The position numbers and the translations under genes are program-made. From Eledone cirrhosa (taxonomy: Eukaryota), in NCBI GenBank assembly GCA_964016885.1, contig OZ024740.1:37634001-37698000 (forward strand): a stretch of 64,000 bases of DNA. Direction: 5' to 3'. This document shows, one piece after another, positions 28,800 through 43,500 of the stretch. The notes under the pieces were generated by a model, which saw only the letters and a program-made list of their open reading frames with translations, had not been told where the DNA came from and ran no database searches. Every line of letters starts with the position of its first letter. Within the stretch, counting starts at the first letter, position 1.

Positions 28800-31700
28800 A
28801 ATATATAGAACACAGTCACCCCTGTTTAAGGTAGATATGTGACAGAATATATAGAACACAGTGACCCCTGTTAAAGGTAGACATAGGACAGAATATATAG
28901 AACACAGTGACCCCTGTTTAAGGTAGACATAGGACAGAATATATAGAACACAGTGACCCCTGTTAAAGGTCGACATAGGACAGATTATATAGAACACAGT
29001 GACCCCTGTTTAAGGTAGACATGTGACAGAATATATAGAACACAGTGACCCCTGTTAAAGGTAGACATAGGACAGAATATATAGAACACAGTGACCCCTG
29101 TTAAAGGTAGACATGTGACAGAATATATAGAACACAGTGACCCCTGTTAAAGGTAGACATGTGACAGAATATATAGAACTCAGAGACCCCTGTTAAAGGT
29201 AGACATGTGAAAGAATATATAGAACACAGTGACCCCTGTTAAAGGTAGACATAGGACAGAATATATAGAACACAGTGACCCCTGTTTAAGGTAGACATAA
29301 GACAGAATATATAGAACACAGAGACCCCTGTTAAAGGTAGACATGTGACAGAATATATAGAACTCAGAGACCCCTGTTAAAGGTAGACATGTGACAGAAT
29401 ATATAGAACACAGTGACCCCTGTTAAAGGTAGACATAGGACAGAATATATAGAAAACAGTGACCCCTGTTTAAGGTAGACATAAGACAGAATATATAGAA
29501 CACAGAGACCCCTGTTAAAGGTAGACATGTGACAGAATATATAGAACGCAGTGACCCCTGTTAAAGGTAGACATAGGACAGAATATATAGAACACAGTGA
29601 CCCCTGTTTAAGTTAGAGATAGGACAGAATATATAGAACACAGTGACCCCTGCTAAATGTAAACATGTGACAGAATATATAGAACACAGTGACCCCTGTT
29701 AAAGGTAGACATGTGACAGAATATATAGAACACAGTGACCCCTGTTAAAGGTAGACATGTGACAGAATATATAGACCACAGAGACCCCTGTTAAAGGTAG
29801 ACATGTGACAGAATATATAGAACACAGTGACCCCTTTTAAAGATAGACATGTGACAGAATATATAGAACACAGTGACCCCTGTTAAAGGTAGACATGTGA
29901 CAGAATATATAGAACACAGAGACCCCTTTTAAAGGTAGACATGTGACAGAATATATAGAACACAGTGACCCCTGTTAAAGGTAGACATAGGACAGAATAT
30001 ATAGAACACAGTGACCCCTGTTTAAGGTAGACATAAGACAGAATATATAGAACACAGAGACCCCTGTTAAAGGTAGACATGTGACAGAATATATAGAACA
30101 CAGTGACCCCTGTTAAAGGTAGACATAGGACAGAATATATAGAACACAGTGACCCCTGTTTAAGTTTGAGATAGGACAGAATATATAGAACACAGTGACC
30201 CCTGTTTAAGGTAGACATGTGAAAGAATATATAGAACACAGTGACCCCTGTTAAAGGTAGACATAGGACAGAATACATAGAACACAGTGACCCCTGCTAA
30301 ATGTAAACATGTGACAGAATATATAGAACACAATGACCCCTGTTAAAGGTACACATGTGACAGAATATATAGAACACAGTGACCCCTGTTTAAAGTAGAC
30401 ATAGGACAGAATATATAGAACACAGTGACCCCTGTTAAAGGTCGTCATAGGACAGATTATATAGAACACAGTGACCCCTGTTTAAGGTAGACATGTGACA
30501 GAATATATAGAACACAGTGACCCCTGTTAAAGGTAGACATGTGACAGAATATATAGAACACAGTGATTCCTGTTTAAGGTAGACATGTGACAGTATATAT
30601 AGAACACAGTGACCCCTGTTAAAGGTAGACATGTGACAGAATATATAGAACACAGTGACCCCTGTTAAAGGTAGACAATGACAGAATATATAGAACACAG
30701 AGACCCCTGTTACAGGTAGACATGTGACAGAATATATAGAACACAGTGACCCCTTTTAAAGATAGACATGTGACAGAATATATAGAACACAGTGACCCCT
30801 GTTAAAGGTAGACATGTGACAGAATATATAGAACACAGTGACCCCTGTTAAAGGTAGACATAGGACAGAATATATAGAACACAGTGAACCCTGCTAAATG
30901 TAAACATGTGACAGAATATATAGAACACAGTGACCCCTGTTAAAGGTAGACATGTGACAGAATATATAGAACACAGTGACCCCTGTTAAAGGTAGACATG
31001 TGACAGAATATATAGAACACGGAGTCCCCTGTTAAAGGTAGACATGTGACAGAATATATAGAACACAGTGACCCCTTTTAAAGATAGACATGTGACAGAA
31101 AATATAGAACACAGTGACCCCTGTTAAAGGTAGACATGTGACAGAATATATAAAACACAGTGACCCCTGTTAAAGGTAGACATGAGACAGAATATATAGA
31201 ACACAGTGACCCCTGTTTAAGTCAGAGATAGGACAGAACATATAGAACACAGTGACCCCTATTAAAGGTCGACATAGGACAGATTATATAGAACACAGTG
31301 ACCCCTGTTTAAGGTAGACATGTGACAGAATATATAGAACACAGTGACCCCTGTTAAAGGTAGACATGTGACAGAATATATAGAACACAGTGACCCCTGT
31401 TTAAGGTAGATATGTGACAGAATATATAGAACACAGTGACCCCTGTTAAATGTAGACATAGGACAGAATATATAGAACACAGTGACCCCTGTTAAAGGTA
31501 GACATGTGACAGAATATATAGAACACAGTGACCCCTGTTTAAGGTAGATATGTGACAGAATATATAGAACACAGTGACCCCTGTTAAAGGTAGACATAGG
31601 ACAGAATATATAGAACACAGTGACCCCTGTTTAAGGTAGACATAGGACAGAATATATAGAACACAGTGACCCCTGTTAAAGGTCGACATAGGACAGATTA

Positions 31701-33050
31701 TATAGAACACAGTGACCCCTGTTTAAGGTAGACATGTGACAGAATATATAGAACACAGTGACCCCTGTTAAAGGTAGACATAGGACAGAATATATAGAAC
31801 ACAGTGACCCCTGTTAAAGGTAGACATGTGACAGAATATATAGAACACAGTGACCCCTGTTAAAGGTAGACATGTGAAAGAATATATAGAACACAGTGAC
31901 CCCTGTTTAAGGTAGACATGTGAAAGAATATATAGAACACAGTGACCCCTGTTAAAGGTGGACGTAGGAGAGAATATATAGAACACAGTGACCCCTGTTA
32001 AAGGTAGACATGTGACAGAATATATAGAACACAGTGACCCCTGTTAAAGGTAGACATGTGAAAGAATATATAGAACACAGTGACCCCTGTTTAAGGTAGA
32101 CATGTGAAAGAATATATAGAACACAGTGACCCCTGTTTAAGGTAGACATGTGACAGAATATATAGAACAGAGTGACCCCTGTTTAAGGTAGACATAAGAC
32201 AGAATATATAGAACACAGAGACCCCTGTTAAAGGTAGACATGTGACAGAATATATAGAACTCAGAGACCCCTGTTAAAGGTAGACATGTGAAAGAATATA
32301 TAGAACACAGTGACCCCTGTTAAAGGTAGACATAGGACAGAATATATAGAACACAGTGACCCCTGTTTAAGGTAGACATAAGACAGAATATATAGAACAC
32401 AGAGACCCCTGTTAAAGGTAGACATGTGACAGAATATATAGAACTCAGAGACCCCTGTTAAAGGTAGACATGTGACAGAATATATAGAACACAGTGACCC
32501 CTGTTAAAGGTAGACATAGGACAGAATATATAGAACACAGTGACCCCTGTTTAAGGTAGACATAAGACAGAATATATAGAACACAGAGACCCCTGTTAAA
32601 GGTAGACATGTGACAGAATATATAGAACGCAGTGACCCCTGTTAAAGGTAGACATAGGACAGAATATATAGAACACAGTGACCCCTGTTTAAGTTAGAGA
32701 TAGGACAGAATATATAGAACACAGTGACCCCTGTTAAAGGTAGACATGTGAAAGAATATATAGAACACAGTGACCCCTGCTAAATGTAAACATGTGACAG
32801 AATATATAGAACACAGTGACCCCTGTTAAAGGTAGACATGTGACAGAATATATAGAACACAGTGACCACTGTTAAAGGTAGACATGTGACAGAATATATA
32901 GAACACAGAGACCCCTGTTAAAGGTAGACATGTGACAGAATATATAGAACACAGTGACCCCTTTTAAAGATAGACATGTGACAGAATATATAGAACACAG
33001 TGACCCCTGTTAAAGGTAGACATGTGACAGAATATATAGAACACAGAGAC
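28800..33050. repeat. Nested duplication at ~2.7-3.1-kb offset (~28800-29900 vs ~31500-33050)
   Basis: ORF 28779->31492 is offset by 2,713 (59x46-1). The GTGAAAG marker 29211->32292 is offset by 3,081 (67x46-1). The variant order is the same in both blocks. Confidence 0.7.
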
Positions 33051-35899
33051 CCCTTTTAAAGATAGACATGTGACAGAAAATATAGAACACAGTGACCCCT
33101 GTTTAAGGTAGACATGTGACAGAATATATAGAACACAGTGACCCCTGTTAAAGGTAGACATGAGACAGAATATATAGAACACAGTGACCCCTGTTAAAGG
33201 TAGACATGTGACAGAATATATAGAACACAGTGACCCCTGTTAAAGGTAGACAGGTGACAGAATATATAGAACACTGTGACCCCTGTTAAAGGTAGACATG
33301 AGACAGAATATATAGAACACAGTGACCCCTGTTTAAGGTAGACAGGTGACAGAATATATAGAACACAGTGACCCCTGTTAAAGGTAGACATGAGACAGAA
33401 TATATAGAACACAGTGACCCCTGTTAAAGGTAGACATGAGACAGAATATATAGAACACAGTGACCCCTGTTAAAGGTAGACATGAGACAGAATATATAGA
33501 ACACAGTGACCCCTGTTAAAGGTAGACATGTGACAGAATATATAGAACACAGTGACCCCTGTTTAAGGTAGACAGGTGACAGAATATATAGAACACAGTG
33601 ACCCCTGTTTAAGGTAGACATGTGACAGAATATATAGAACACAGTGACGCCTGTTTAAGGTAGACATACGACAGAATATATAGAACACAGTGACCCCTGT
33701 TTAAGGTAGACATACGACAGAATATATAGAACACAGTGACCCCTGTTTAAGGTAGACATAGGACAGAATATATAGAACACAGTGACCCCTGTTAGAGGTA
33801 GACATGTGACAGAATATATAGAACACAGTGACCCCTGTTAAAGGTAGACATGTGACAGAATATATAGAACACAGTGACTCCTGTTAAAGGTAGACATGTG
33901 ACAGAATATATAGAACACAGAGACCCCTGTTAAAGGTAGACATGTGACAGAATATATAGAACACAGTGACCCCTGTTAAAGGTAGACATGTGACAGAATA
34001 TATAGAATACAGTGACCCCTGTTAAAGGTAGACATGTGACAGAATATATAGAACACAGTGACCCCTGTTAGAGGTAGACATAGGACAGAATATATAGAAC
34101 ACAGTGACCCCTGTTAAAGGTAGACATGTGACAGAATATATAGAACACAGTGACCCCTGTTTAAGGTAGACATGTGACAGAATATATAGAACACAGTGAC
34201 CCCTGTTAAAGGTAGACATGTGACAGAATATATAGAACACAGTGACCCCTGTTAAAGGTAGACATAGGACAGAATATATAGAACACAGTGACCCCTGTTA
34301 AAGTTAGACATAGGACAGAATATATAGAACACAGTGACTCCTGTTAAAGGTAGACATGTGACAGAATATATAGAACACAGTGACCCCTGTTAAAGGTAGA
34401 CATGTGACAGAATATATAGAACACAGTGACCCCTGTTAGAGGTAGACATAGGACAGAATATATAGAACACAGTGACCCCTGTTAAAGGTAGACATGTGAC
34501 AGAATATATAGAACACAGTGACCCCTGTTAAAGGTAGACATAGGACAGAATATATAGAACACAGTGACTCCTGTTAAAGGTAGACATGTGACAGAATATA
34601 TAGAACACAGTGACCCCTGTTAAAGGTAGACATGTGACAGAATATATAGAACACAGTGACCCCTGTTAGAGGTAGACATAGGACAGAATATATAGAACAC
34701 AGTGACCCCTGTTAAAGGTAGACATGTGACAGAATATATAGAACACAGTGACCCCTGTTTAAGGTAGACATAGGACAGAATATATAGAACACAGTGACCC
34801 CTGTTTAAGATAGAGATAGGACAGAATATATAGAACACAGTGACCCCTGTTAAAGGTAGACATGTGACAGAATATATAGAACACAGTGACCCCTGTTAAA
34901 GGTAGACATAGGACAGAATATATAGAACACAGTGACTCCTGTTAAAGGTAGACATGTGACAGAATATATAGAACACAGTGACCCCTGTTAAAGGTAGACA
35001 TGTGACAGAATATATAGAACACAGTGACCCCTGTTAGAGGTAGACATGTGACAGAATATATAGAACACAGTGACCCCTGTTAAAGGTAGACATAGGACAG
35101 ATTATATAGAACACAGTGACTCCTGTTAAAGGTAGACATGTGACAGAATATATAGAACACAGTGACCCCTGTTAAAGGTAGACATAGGACAGAATATATA
35201 GAACAGATTGACTCCTGTTAAAGGTAGACATGTGACAGAATATATAGAACACAGTGACCCCTGTTAAAGGTAGACATGTGACAGAATATATAGAACACAG
35301 TGACCCCTGTTTAAGGTAGACATGTGACAGAATATATAGAACACATTGACCCCTGTTAAAGGTAGACATGTGACAGAATATATAGAACACAGTGACCCCT
35401 GTTAAAGGTAGACATAGGACAGAATATATAGAACACAGTGACCCCTGTTAAAGGTAGACATAGGACAGAATATATAGAACACAGTGACCCCTGTTAAAGG
35501 TAGACATAGGACAGAATATATAGAACACAGTGACCCCTGTTAAAGGTAGACATGTGACAGAATATATAGAACACAGTGACCCCTGTTTAAGGTAGACATG
35601 TGACAGAATATACAGAACACAGTGACCCTGTTTAAGGTAGACATAGGACAGAATATATAGAACACAGAGACCCCTGTTAAAGGTAGACATGTGACAGAAT
35701 ATATAGAACACAGTGACCCCTGTTAAAGGTAGACATAGGACAGAATATATAGAACACAGTGACCACTGTTTAAGGTAGACATAAGACAGAATATATAGAA
35801 CACAGTGACCCCTGTTAAAGGTAGACATGTGACAGAATATATAGAATACAGTGACCCCTGTTAAAGGTAGACATGTGACAGAATATATAGAACACAGTG

Positions 35900-37500
35900 A
35901 CCCCTGTTTAAGGTAGACATGTGACAGAATATATAGAACTCAGAGACCCCTGTTAAAGGTAGACATGTGACAGAATATATAGAACACAGTGACCCCTGTT
36001 AAAGGTAGACATAGGACAGAATATCTAGAACACAGTGACCCCTGTTTAAGGTAGACATAAGACAGAATATATAGAACACAGAGACCCCTGTTAAAGGTAG
36101 ACATGTGACAGAATATATAGAACGCAGTGACCCCTGTTAAAGGTAGACATGTGACAGAATATATAGAACACAGTGACCCCTGTTAAAAGTAGACATAGGA
36201 CAGAATATATAGAACACAGTGACCCCTGTTTAAGGTAGACATAAGACAGAATATATAGAACACAGAGACCCCTGTTAAAGGTAGACATCTGACAGAATAT
36301 ATAGAACTCAGAGACCCCTGTTAAAGGTAGACATGTGACAGAATATATAGAACACAGTGACCCCTGTTAAAGGTAGACATAGGACAGAATATATAGAACA
36401 CAGTGACCCCTGTTTAAGGTAGACATAAGACAGAATATATAGAACACAGAGACCCCTGTTAAAGGTAGACATGTGACAGAATATATAGAACACAGTGACC
36501 CCTGTTAAAGGTAGACATAGGACAGAATATATAGAACACAGTGACCCCTGTTTAAGGTAGACATAAGACAGAATATATAGAACACAGAGACCCCTGTTAA
36601 AGGTAGACATCTGACAGAATATATAGAACTCAGAGACCCCTGTTAAAGGTAGACATGTGACAGAATATATAGAACACAGTGACCCCTGTTAAAGGTAGAC
36701 ATAGGACAGAATATATAGAACACAGTGACCCCTGTTTAAGGTAGACATAAGACAGAATATATAGAACACAGAGACCCCTGTTAAAGGTAGACATGTGACA
36801 GAATATATAGAAAGCAGTGACCCCTGTTAAAGGTAGACATGTGACAGAATATATAGAACACAGTGACCCCTGTTAAAGGTAGACATAGGACAGAATATAT
36901 AGAACACAGTGACCCCTGTTTAAGGTAGACATAAGACAGAATATATAGAACACAGAGACCCCTGTTAAAGGTAGACATGTGACAGAATATATAGAACACA
37001 GTGACCCCTGTTAAAGGTAGACATAGGACAGAATATATAGAACACAGTGACCCCTGTTTAAGGTAGACATAAGACAGAATATATAGAACACAGAGACCCC
37101 TGTTAAAGGTAGACATCTGACAGAATATATAGAACTCAGAGACCCCTGTTAAAGGTAGACATGTGACAGAATATATAGAACACAGTGACCCCTGTTAAAG
37201 GTAGACATAGGACAGAATATATAGAACACAGTGACCCCTGTTTAAGGTAGACATAAGACAGAATATATAGAACACAGAGACCCCTGTTAAAGGTAGACAT
37301 GTGACAGAATATATAGAACGCAGTGACCCCTGTTAAAGGTAGACATGTGACAGAATATATAGAACACAGTGACCCCTGTTAAAGGTAGACATAGGACAGA
37401 ATATATAGAACACAGTGACCCCTGTTTAAGGTAGACATAAGACAGAATATATAGAACACAGAGACCCCTGTTAAAGGTAGACATGTGACAGAATATATAG
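35900..37500. repeat. Local short-period higher-order repeat of 3- and 4-monomer units
   Basis: The order CATGTG / CATAGG / TTTAAGG..CATAAG..GAGAC cycles many times. The rare CATCTGAC variant recurs at spacings of 322 (7 monomers) and 506 (11 monomers), matching ORF ends 36288, 36610 and 37116. Confidence 0.8.
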
Positions 37501-40500
37501 AACACAGTGACCCCTGTTTAAGGTAGACGTAGGACAGAATATATAGAACACAGTGACCCCTGTTAAAGGTAGACATAGGACAGAATATATAGAACACAGT
37601 GACCCCTGTTTAAGTTAGAGATAGGACAGAATATATAGAACACAGTGACCCCTGTTAAAGGTAGACATGTGAAAGAATATGTAGAACACAGTGACCCCTG
37701 TTAAAGGTAGACATGTGACAGAATATATAGAACACAGTGACCCCTGTTAAAGGTAGACATGTGACAGAATATATAGAACACAGTGACCCCTGTTAAAGGT
37801 AGACATGTGACAGAATATATAGAACACAGTGACCCCTGTTAAAGGTAGACATGTGACAGAATATATAGAACACAGAGACCCCTGTTAAAGGTAGACATGT
37901 GACAGAATATATAGAACACAGTGACCCCTGTTAAAGGTAGACATGTGACAGAATATATAGAACACAGTGACCCCTTTTAAAGATAGACATGTGACAGAAT
38001 ATATAGAACACAGTGACCCCTGTTAAAGGTAGACATGTGACAGAATATATAGAACACAGAGACCCCTGTTAAAGGTAGACATGTGACAGAATATATAGAA
38101 CACAGAGACCCCTGTTAAAGGTAGACATAGGACAGAATATATACAACACAGTGACCCCTGTTAAAGGTAGACATGAGACAGAATATATAGAACACAGTGA
38201 CCCCTGTTAAAGGTAGACAGGTGACAGAATATATAGAACACAGTGATCCCTGTTTAAGGTAGACATCGGACAGAATATATAGAACACTGTGAACCCTGTT
38301 TAAGGTAGACATGTGACAGAATATATAGAATACAGTGACCCCTGTTAAAGGTAGACATGTGACAGAATATATGGTACAGAGTGACCCCTGTTAAAGGTAG
38401 ACATGTGACAGAATATATAGAACACAGTGACCCCTGTTTAAGGTAGACATAGGACAGAATATATAGAACACAGTGACTCCTGTTAAAGGTAGACATAGGA
38501 CAGATTATATAGAACACAGTGACCCCTGTTTAAGGTAGACATGTGACAGAATATATAGAACACAGTGACCCCTGTTTAAGGTAGACATATGACAGAATAT
38601 ATAGAACACAGTGACCCCTGTTTAAGGTAGACATAGGACAGATTATATAGAACACAGTGACCCCTGTTAAAGGTAGACATGTGACAGAATATATAGAACA
38701 CAGTGACCCCTGTTAAAGGTAGACATGTGACAGAATATATAGAACACAGAGACCCCTGTTAGAGGTAGACATGTTACAGAATATATAGAACACAGTGACC
38801 CCTGTTAAAGGTAGACATGTGACAGAATATATAGAACACAGTGACCCCTGTTTAAGGTAGACATGTGACAGAATATATAGAACACAGTGACCCCTGTTAA
38901 AGGTAGACATGTGACAGAATATATAGAACACAGAGTCCCCTGTTAAAGGTTGACATGTGACAGAATATATAGAACACAGTGACCCCTTTTAAAGATAGAC
39001 ATGTGACAGAAAATATAGAACACAGTGACCCCTGTTTAAGGTAGATATGTGACAGAATATATAGAACACAGTGACCCCTGTTAAAGGTAGACATGAGACA
39101 GAATATATAGAACACAGTGACCCCTGTTTAAGGTAGACATGTGACAGAATATATAGAACACAGTGATCCCTGTTTAAGGTAGACATCGGACAGAATATAT
39201 AGAACACTGTGAACCCTGTTTAAGGTAGACATGTGACAGAATATATAGAATACAGTGACCCCTGTTAAAGCTAGACATGTGACAGAATATATAGAACACA
39301 GTGACCCCTGTTAAAGGTAGACATGTGACAGAAAATATAGAACACAGTGACCCCTGTTTAAGGTAGCCATGTGACAGAATATATAGAACACAGTGACCCC
39401 TGTTTAAGCTAGACATGTGACAGAATATATAGAACACAGTGAAGCCTGTTTAAGGTAGACATGTGACAGAATATATAGAATACAGTGACCCCTGTTAAAG
39501 GTAGACATGTGACAGAATATATAGTACAGAGTGACCCCTGTTAAAGGTAGACATGTGACAGAATATATAGAACGCAGTGACCCCTGTTAAAGGTAGACAT
39601 AGGACAGAATATATAGAACACAGTGACCCCTGTTTAAGTTAGAGATAGGACAGAATATATAGAACACAGTGACCCCTGTTAAAGGTAGACATGTGAAAGA
39701 ATATATAGAACACAGTGACCCCTGTTAAAGGTAGACATAGGACAGAATACATAGAACACAGTGACCCCTGCTAAATGTAAACATGTGACAGAATATATAG
39801 AACATAATGACCCCTGTTAAAGGTAGACATGTGACAGAATATATAGAATACAGTGACCCCTGTTAAAGGTAGACATGTGACAGAATATATAGAACACAGT
39901 GACTCCTGTTAAAGGTAGACATGTGACAGAATATATAGAACACAGTGACCCCTGTTAAAGGTAGACATGTGACAGAATATATAGAACACAGTGACCCCTG
40001 TTAAAGGTAGACATGTGACAGAATATATAGAACACAGTGACCCCTGTTAAAGGTAGACATGTGACAGAATATATAGAACACAGAGACCACTTTTAAAGAT
40101 AGACATGTGACAGAAAATATAGAACACAGTGACCCCTGTTTAAGGTAGACATGTGACAGAATATATAGAACACAGTGACCCCTGTTAAAGGTAGACATGA
40201 GACAGAATATATAGAACACAGTGACCCCTGTTTAAGGTAGACAGGTGACAGAATATATAGAACACAGTGATCCCTGTTTAAGGTAGACATCGGACAGAAT
40301 ATATAGAACACAGTGACCCCTGTTAAAGGTAGACATAGGACAGATTATATAGAACACAGTGACCCCTGTTTAAGGTAGACATGTGACAGAATATATAGAA
40401 TACAGTGACCCCTGTTAAAGGTAGACATGTGACAGAATATATGGTACAGAGTGACCCCTGTTAAAGGTAGACATGTGACGGAATATATAGAACACAGTGA

Positions 40501-43500
40501 CCCCTTTTTAAGGTAGACATAGGACAGAATATATAGAACACAGTGACCCCTGTTTAAGGTAGACATAGGACAGAATATATAGAACACAGTGACTCCTGTT
40601 AAAGGTAGACATAGGACAGATTATATAGAACACAGTGACCCCTGTTTAAGGTAGACATGTGACAGAATATATAGAACACAGTGACCCCTGTTTAAGGTAG
40701 ACATATGACAGAATATATAGAACACAGTGACCCCTGTTTAAGGTAGACATAGGACAGAATATATAGAACACAGTGACTCCTGTTAAAGGTAGACATAGGA
40801 CAGATTATATAGAACACAGTGACCCCTGTTTAAGGTAGACATGTGACAGAATATATAGAACACAGTGACCCCTGTTTAAGGTAGACATGTGACAGAATAT
40901 ATAGAACTCAGAGACCCCTGTTAAAGGAAGACATGTGACAGAATATATAGAACACAGTGACCCCTGTTAAAGGTCGACATGTGACAGAATATATAGAACA
41001 CAGTGACCCCTGTTAAAGGTAGACATGTGACAGAATATATAGAACACAGTGACCCCTGTTTAAGGTAGACATAGGACAGAATATATAGAACACAGTGACT
41101 CCTGTTAAAGGTAGACATAGGACAGATTATATAGAACACAGTGACCCCTGTTTAAGGTAGACATGTGACAGAATATATAGAACACAGTGACCCCTGTTTA
41201 AGGTAGACATATGACAGAATATATAGAACACAGTGACCCCTGTTTAAGGTAGACATAGGACAGATTATATAGAACACAGTGACCCCTGTTAAAGGTAGAC
41301 ATGTGACAGAATATATAGAACACAGTGACCCCTGTTAAAGGTAGACATGTGACAGAATATATAGAACACAGAGACCCCTGTTAGAGGTAGACATGTTACA
41401 GAATATATAGAACACAGTGACCCCTGTTAAAGGTAGACATGTGACAGAATATATAGAACACAGTGACCCCTGTTTAAGGTAGACATGTGACAGAATATAT
41501 AGAACACAGTGACCCCTGTTAAAGGTAGACATGTGACAGAATATATAGAACACAGAGTCCCCTGTTAAAGGTTGACACGTGACAGAATATATAGAACACA
41601 GTGACCCCTTTTAAAGATAGACATGTGACAGAAAATATAGAACACAGTGACCCCTGTTTAAGGTAGACATGTGACAGAATATATAGAACACAGTGACCCC
41701 TGTTAAAGGTAGACATGAGACAGAATATATAGAACACAGTGACCCCTGTTTAAGGTAGACATGTGACAGAATATATAGAACACAGTGATCCCTGTTTAAG
41801 GTAGACATGTGACAGAATATATAGAACACTGTGAACCCTGTTTAAGGTAGCCATGTGACAGAATATATAGAACACAGTGACCCCTGTTTAAGCTAGACAT
41901 GTGACAGAATATATAGAACACAGTGAAGCCTGTTTAAGGTAGACATGTGACAGAATATATAGAATACAGTGACCCCTGTTAAAGGTAGACATGTGACAGA
42001 ATATATAGTACAGAGTGACCCCTGTTAAAGGTAGACATGTGACAGAATATATAGAACGCAGTGACCCCTGTTAAAGGTAGACATAGGACAGAATATATAG
42101 AACACAGTGACCCCTGTTTAAGTTAGAGATAGGACAGAATATATAGAACACAGTGACCCCTGTTAAAGGTAGACATGTGAAAGAATATATAGAACACAGT
42201 GACCCCTGTTAAAGGTAGACATAGGACAGAATACATAGAACACAGTGACCCCTGCTAAATGTAAACATGTGACAGAATATATAGAACATAATGACCCCTG
42301 TTAAAGGTAGACATGTGACAGAATATATAGAATACAGTGACCCCTGTTAAAGGTAGACATGTGACAGAATATATAGAACACAGTGACTCCTGTTAAAGGT
42401 AGACATGTGACAGAATATATAGAACACAGTGACCCCTGTTAAAGGTAGACATGTGACAGAATATATAGAACACAGTGACCCCTGTTAAAGGTAGACATGT
42501 GACAGAATATATAGAACACAGTGACCCCTGTTAAAGGTAGACATGTGACAGAATATATAGAACACAGAGACCACTTTTAAAGATAGACATGTGACAGAAA
42601 ATATAGAACACAGTGACCCCTGTTTAAGGTAGACATGTGACAGAATATATAGAACACAGTGACCCCTGTTAAAGGTAGACATGAGACAGAATATATAGAA
42701 CACAGTGACCCCTGTTTAAGGTAGACAGGTGACAGAATATATAGAACACAGTGATCCCTGTTTAAGGTAGACATCGGACAGAATATATAGAACACAGTGA
42801 CCCCTGTTAAAGGTAGACATAGGACAGATTATATAGAACACAGTGACCCCTGTTTAAGGTAGACATGTGACAGAATATATAGAATACAGTGACCCCTATT
42901 AAAGGTAGACATGTGACAGAATATATGGTACAGAGTGACCCCTGTTAAAGGTAGACATGTGACAGAATATATAGAACACAGTGACCCCTTTTTAAGGTAG
43001 ACATAGGACAGAATATATAGAACACAGTGACCCCTGTTTAAGGTAGACATAGGACAGAATATATAGAACACAGTGACTCCTGTTAAAGGTAGACATAGGA
43101 CAGATTATATAGAACACAGTGACCCCTGTTTAAGGTAGACATGTGACAGAATATATAGAACACAGTGACCCTTGTTTAAGGTAGACATATGACAGAATAT
43201 ATAGAACACAGTGACCCCTGTTTAAGGTAGACATAGGACAGAATATATAGAACACAGTGACTCCTGTTAAAGGTAGACATAGGACAGATTATATAGAACA
43301 CAGTGACCCCTGTTTAAGGTAGACATGTGACAGAATATATAGAACACAGTGACCCCTGTTTAAGGTAGACATGTGACAGAATATATAGAACTCAGAGACC
43401 CCTGTTAAAGGAAGACATGTGACAGAATATATAGAACACAGTGACCCCTGTTAAAGGTCGACATGTGACAGAATATATAGAACACAGTGACCCCTGTTAA
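37500..43500. repeat. Block ~37500-41000 paralogous to ~5450-9000, whose second half is tandemly repeated at ~2.5-kb offset (~38650-41000 vs ~41270-43500)
   Basis: The rare GAAAGAATATGTAG marker occurs at ~5570 and ~37670. ORF offsets are 6152->38254 and 7991->40001. Tandem offsets are 38713->41335 = 2,622 (57 monomers) and 40001->42485 = 2,484 (54 monomers). Confidence 0.8.

Larger units (their letters stand above)
1..41348. repeat. One full period of a 41,348-bp super-repeat (899 monomers); start phase is arbitrary, set by the window edge
   Basis: The ORF track repeats with a constant +41,348 offset (171->41519, 4863->46211, 21894->63242). 899x46=41,354, and six observed 1-bp deletions (~13891, 14838, 17937, 18884, 30677, 35626) give 41,348. 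Confidence 0.95.
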
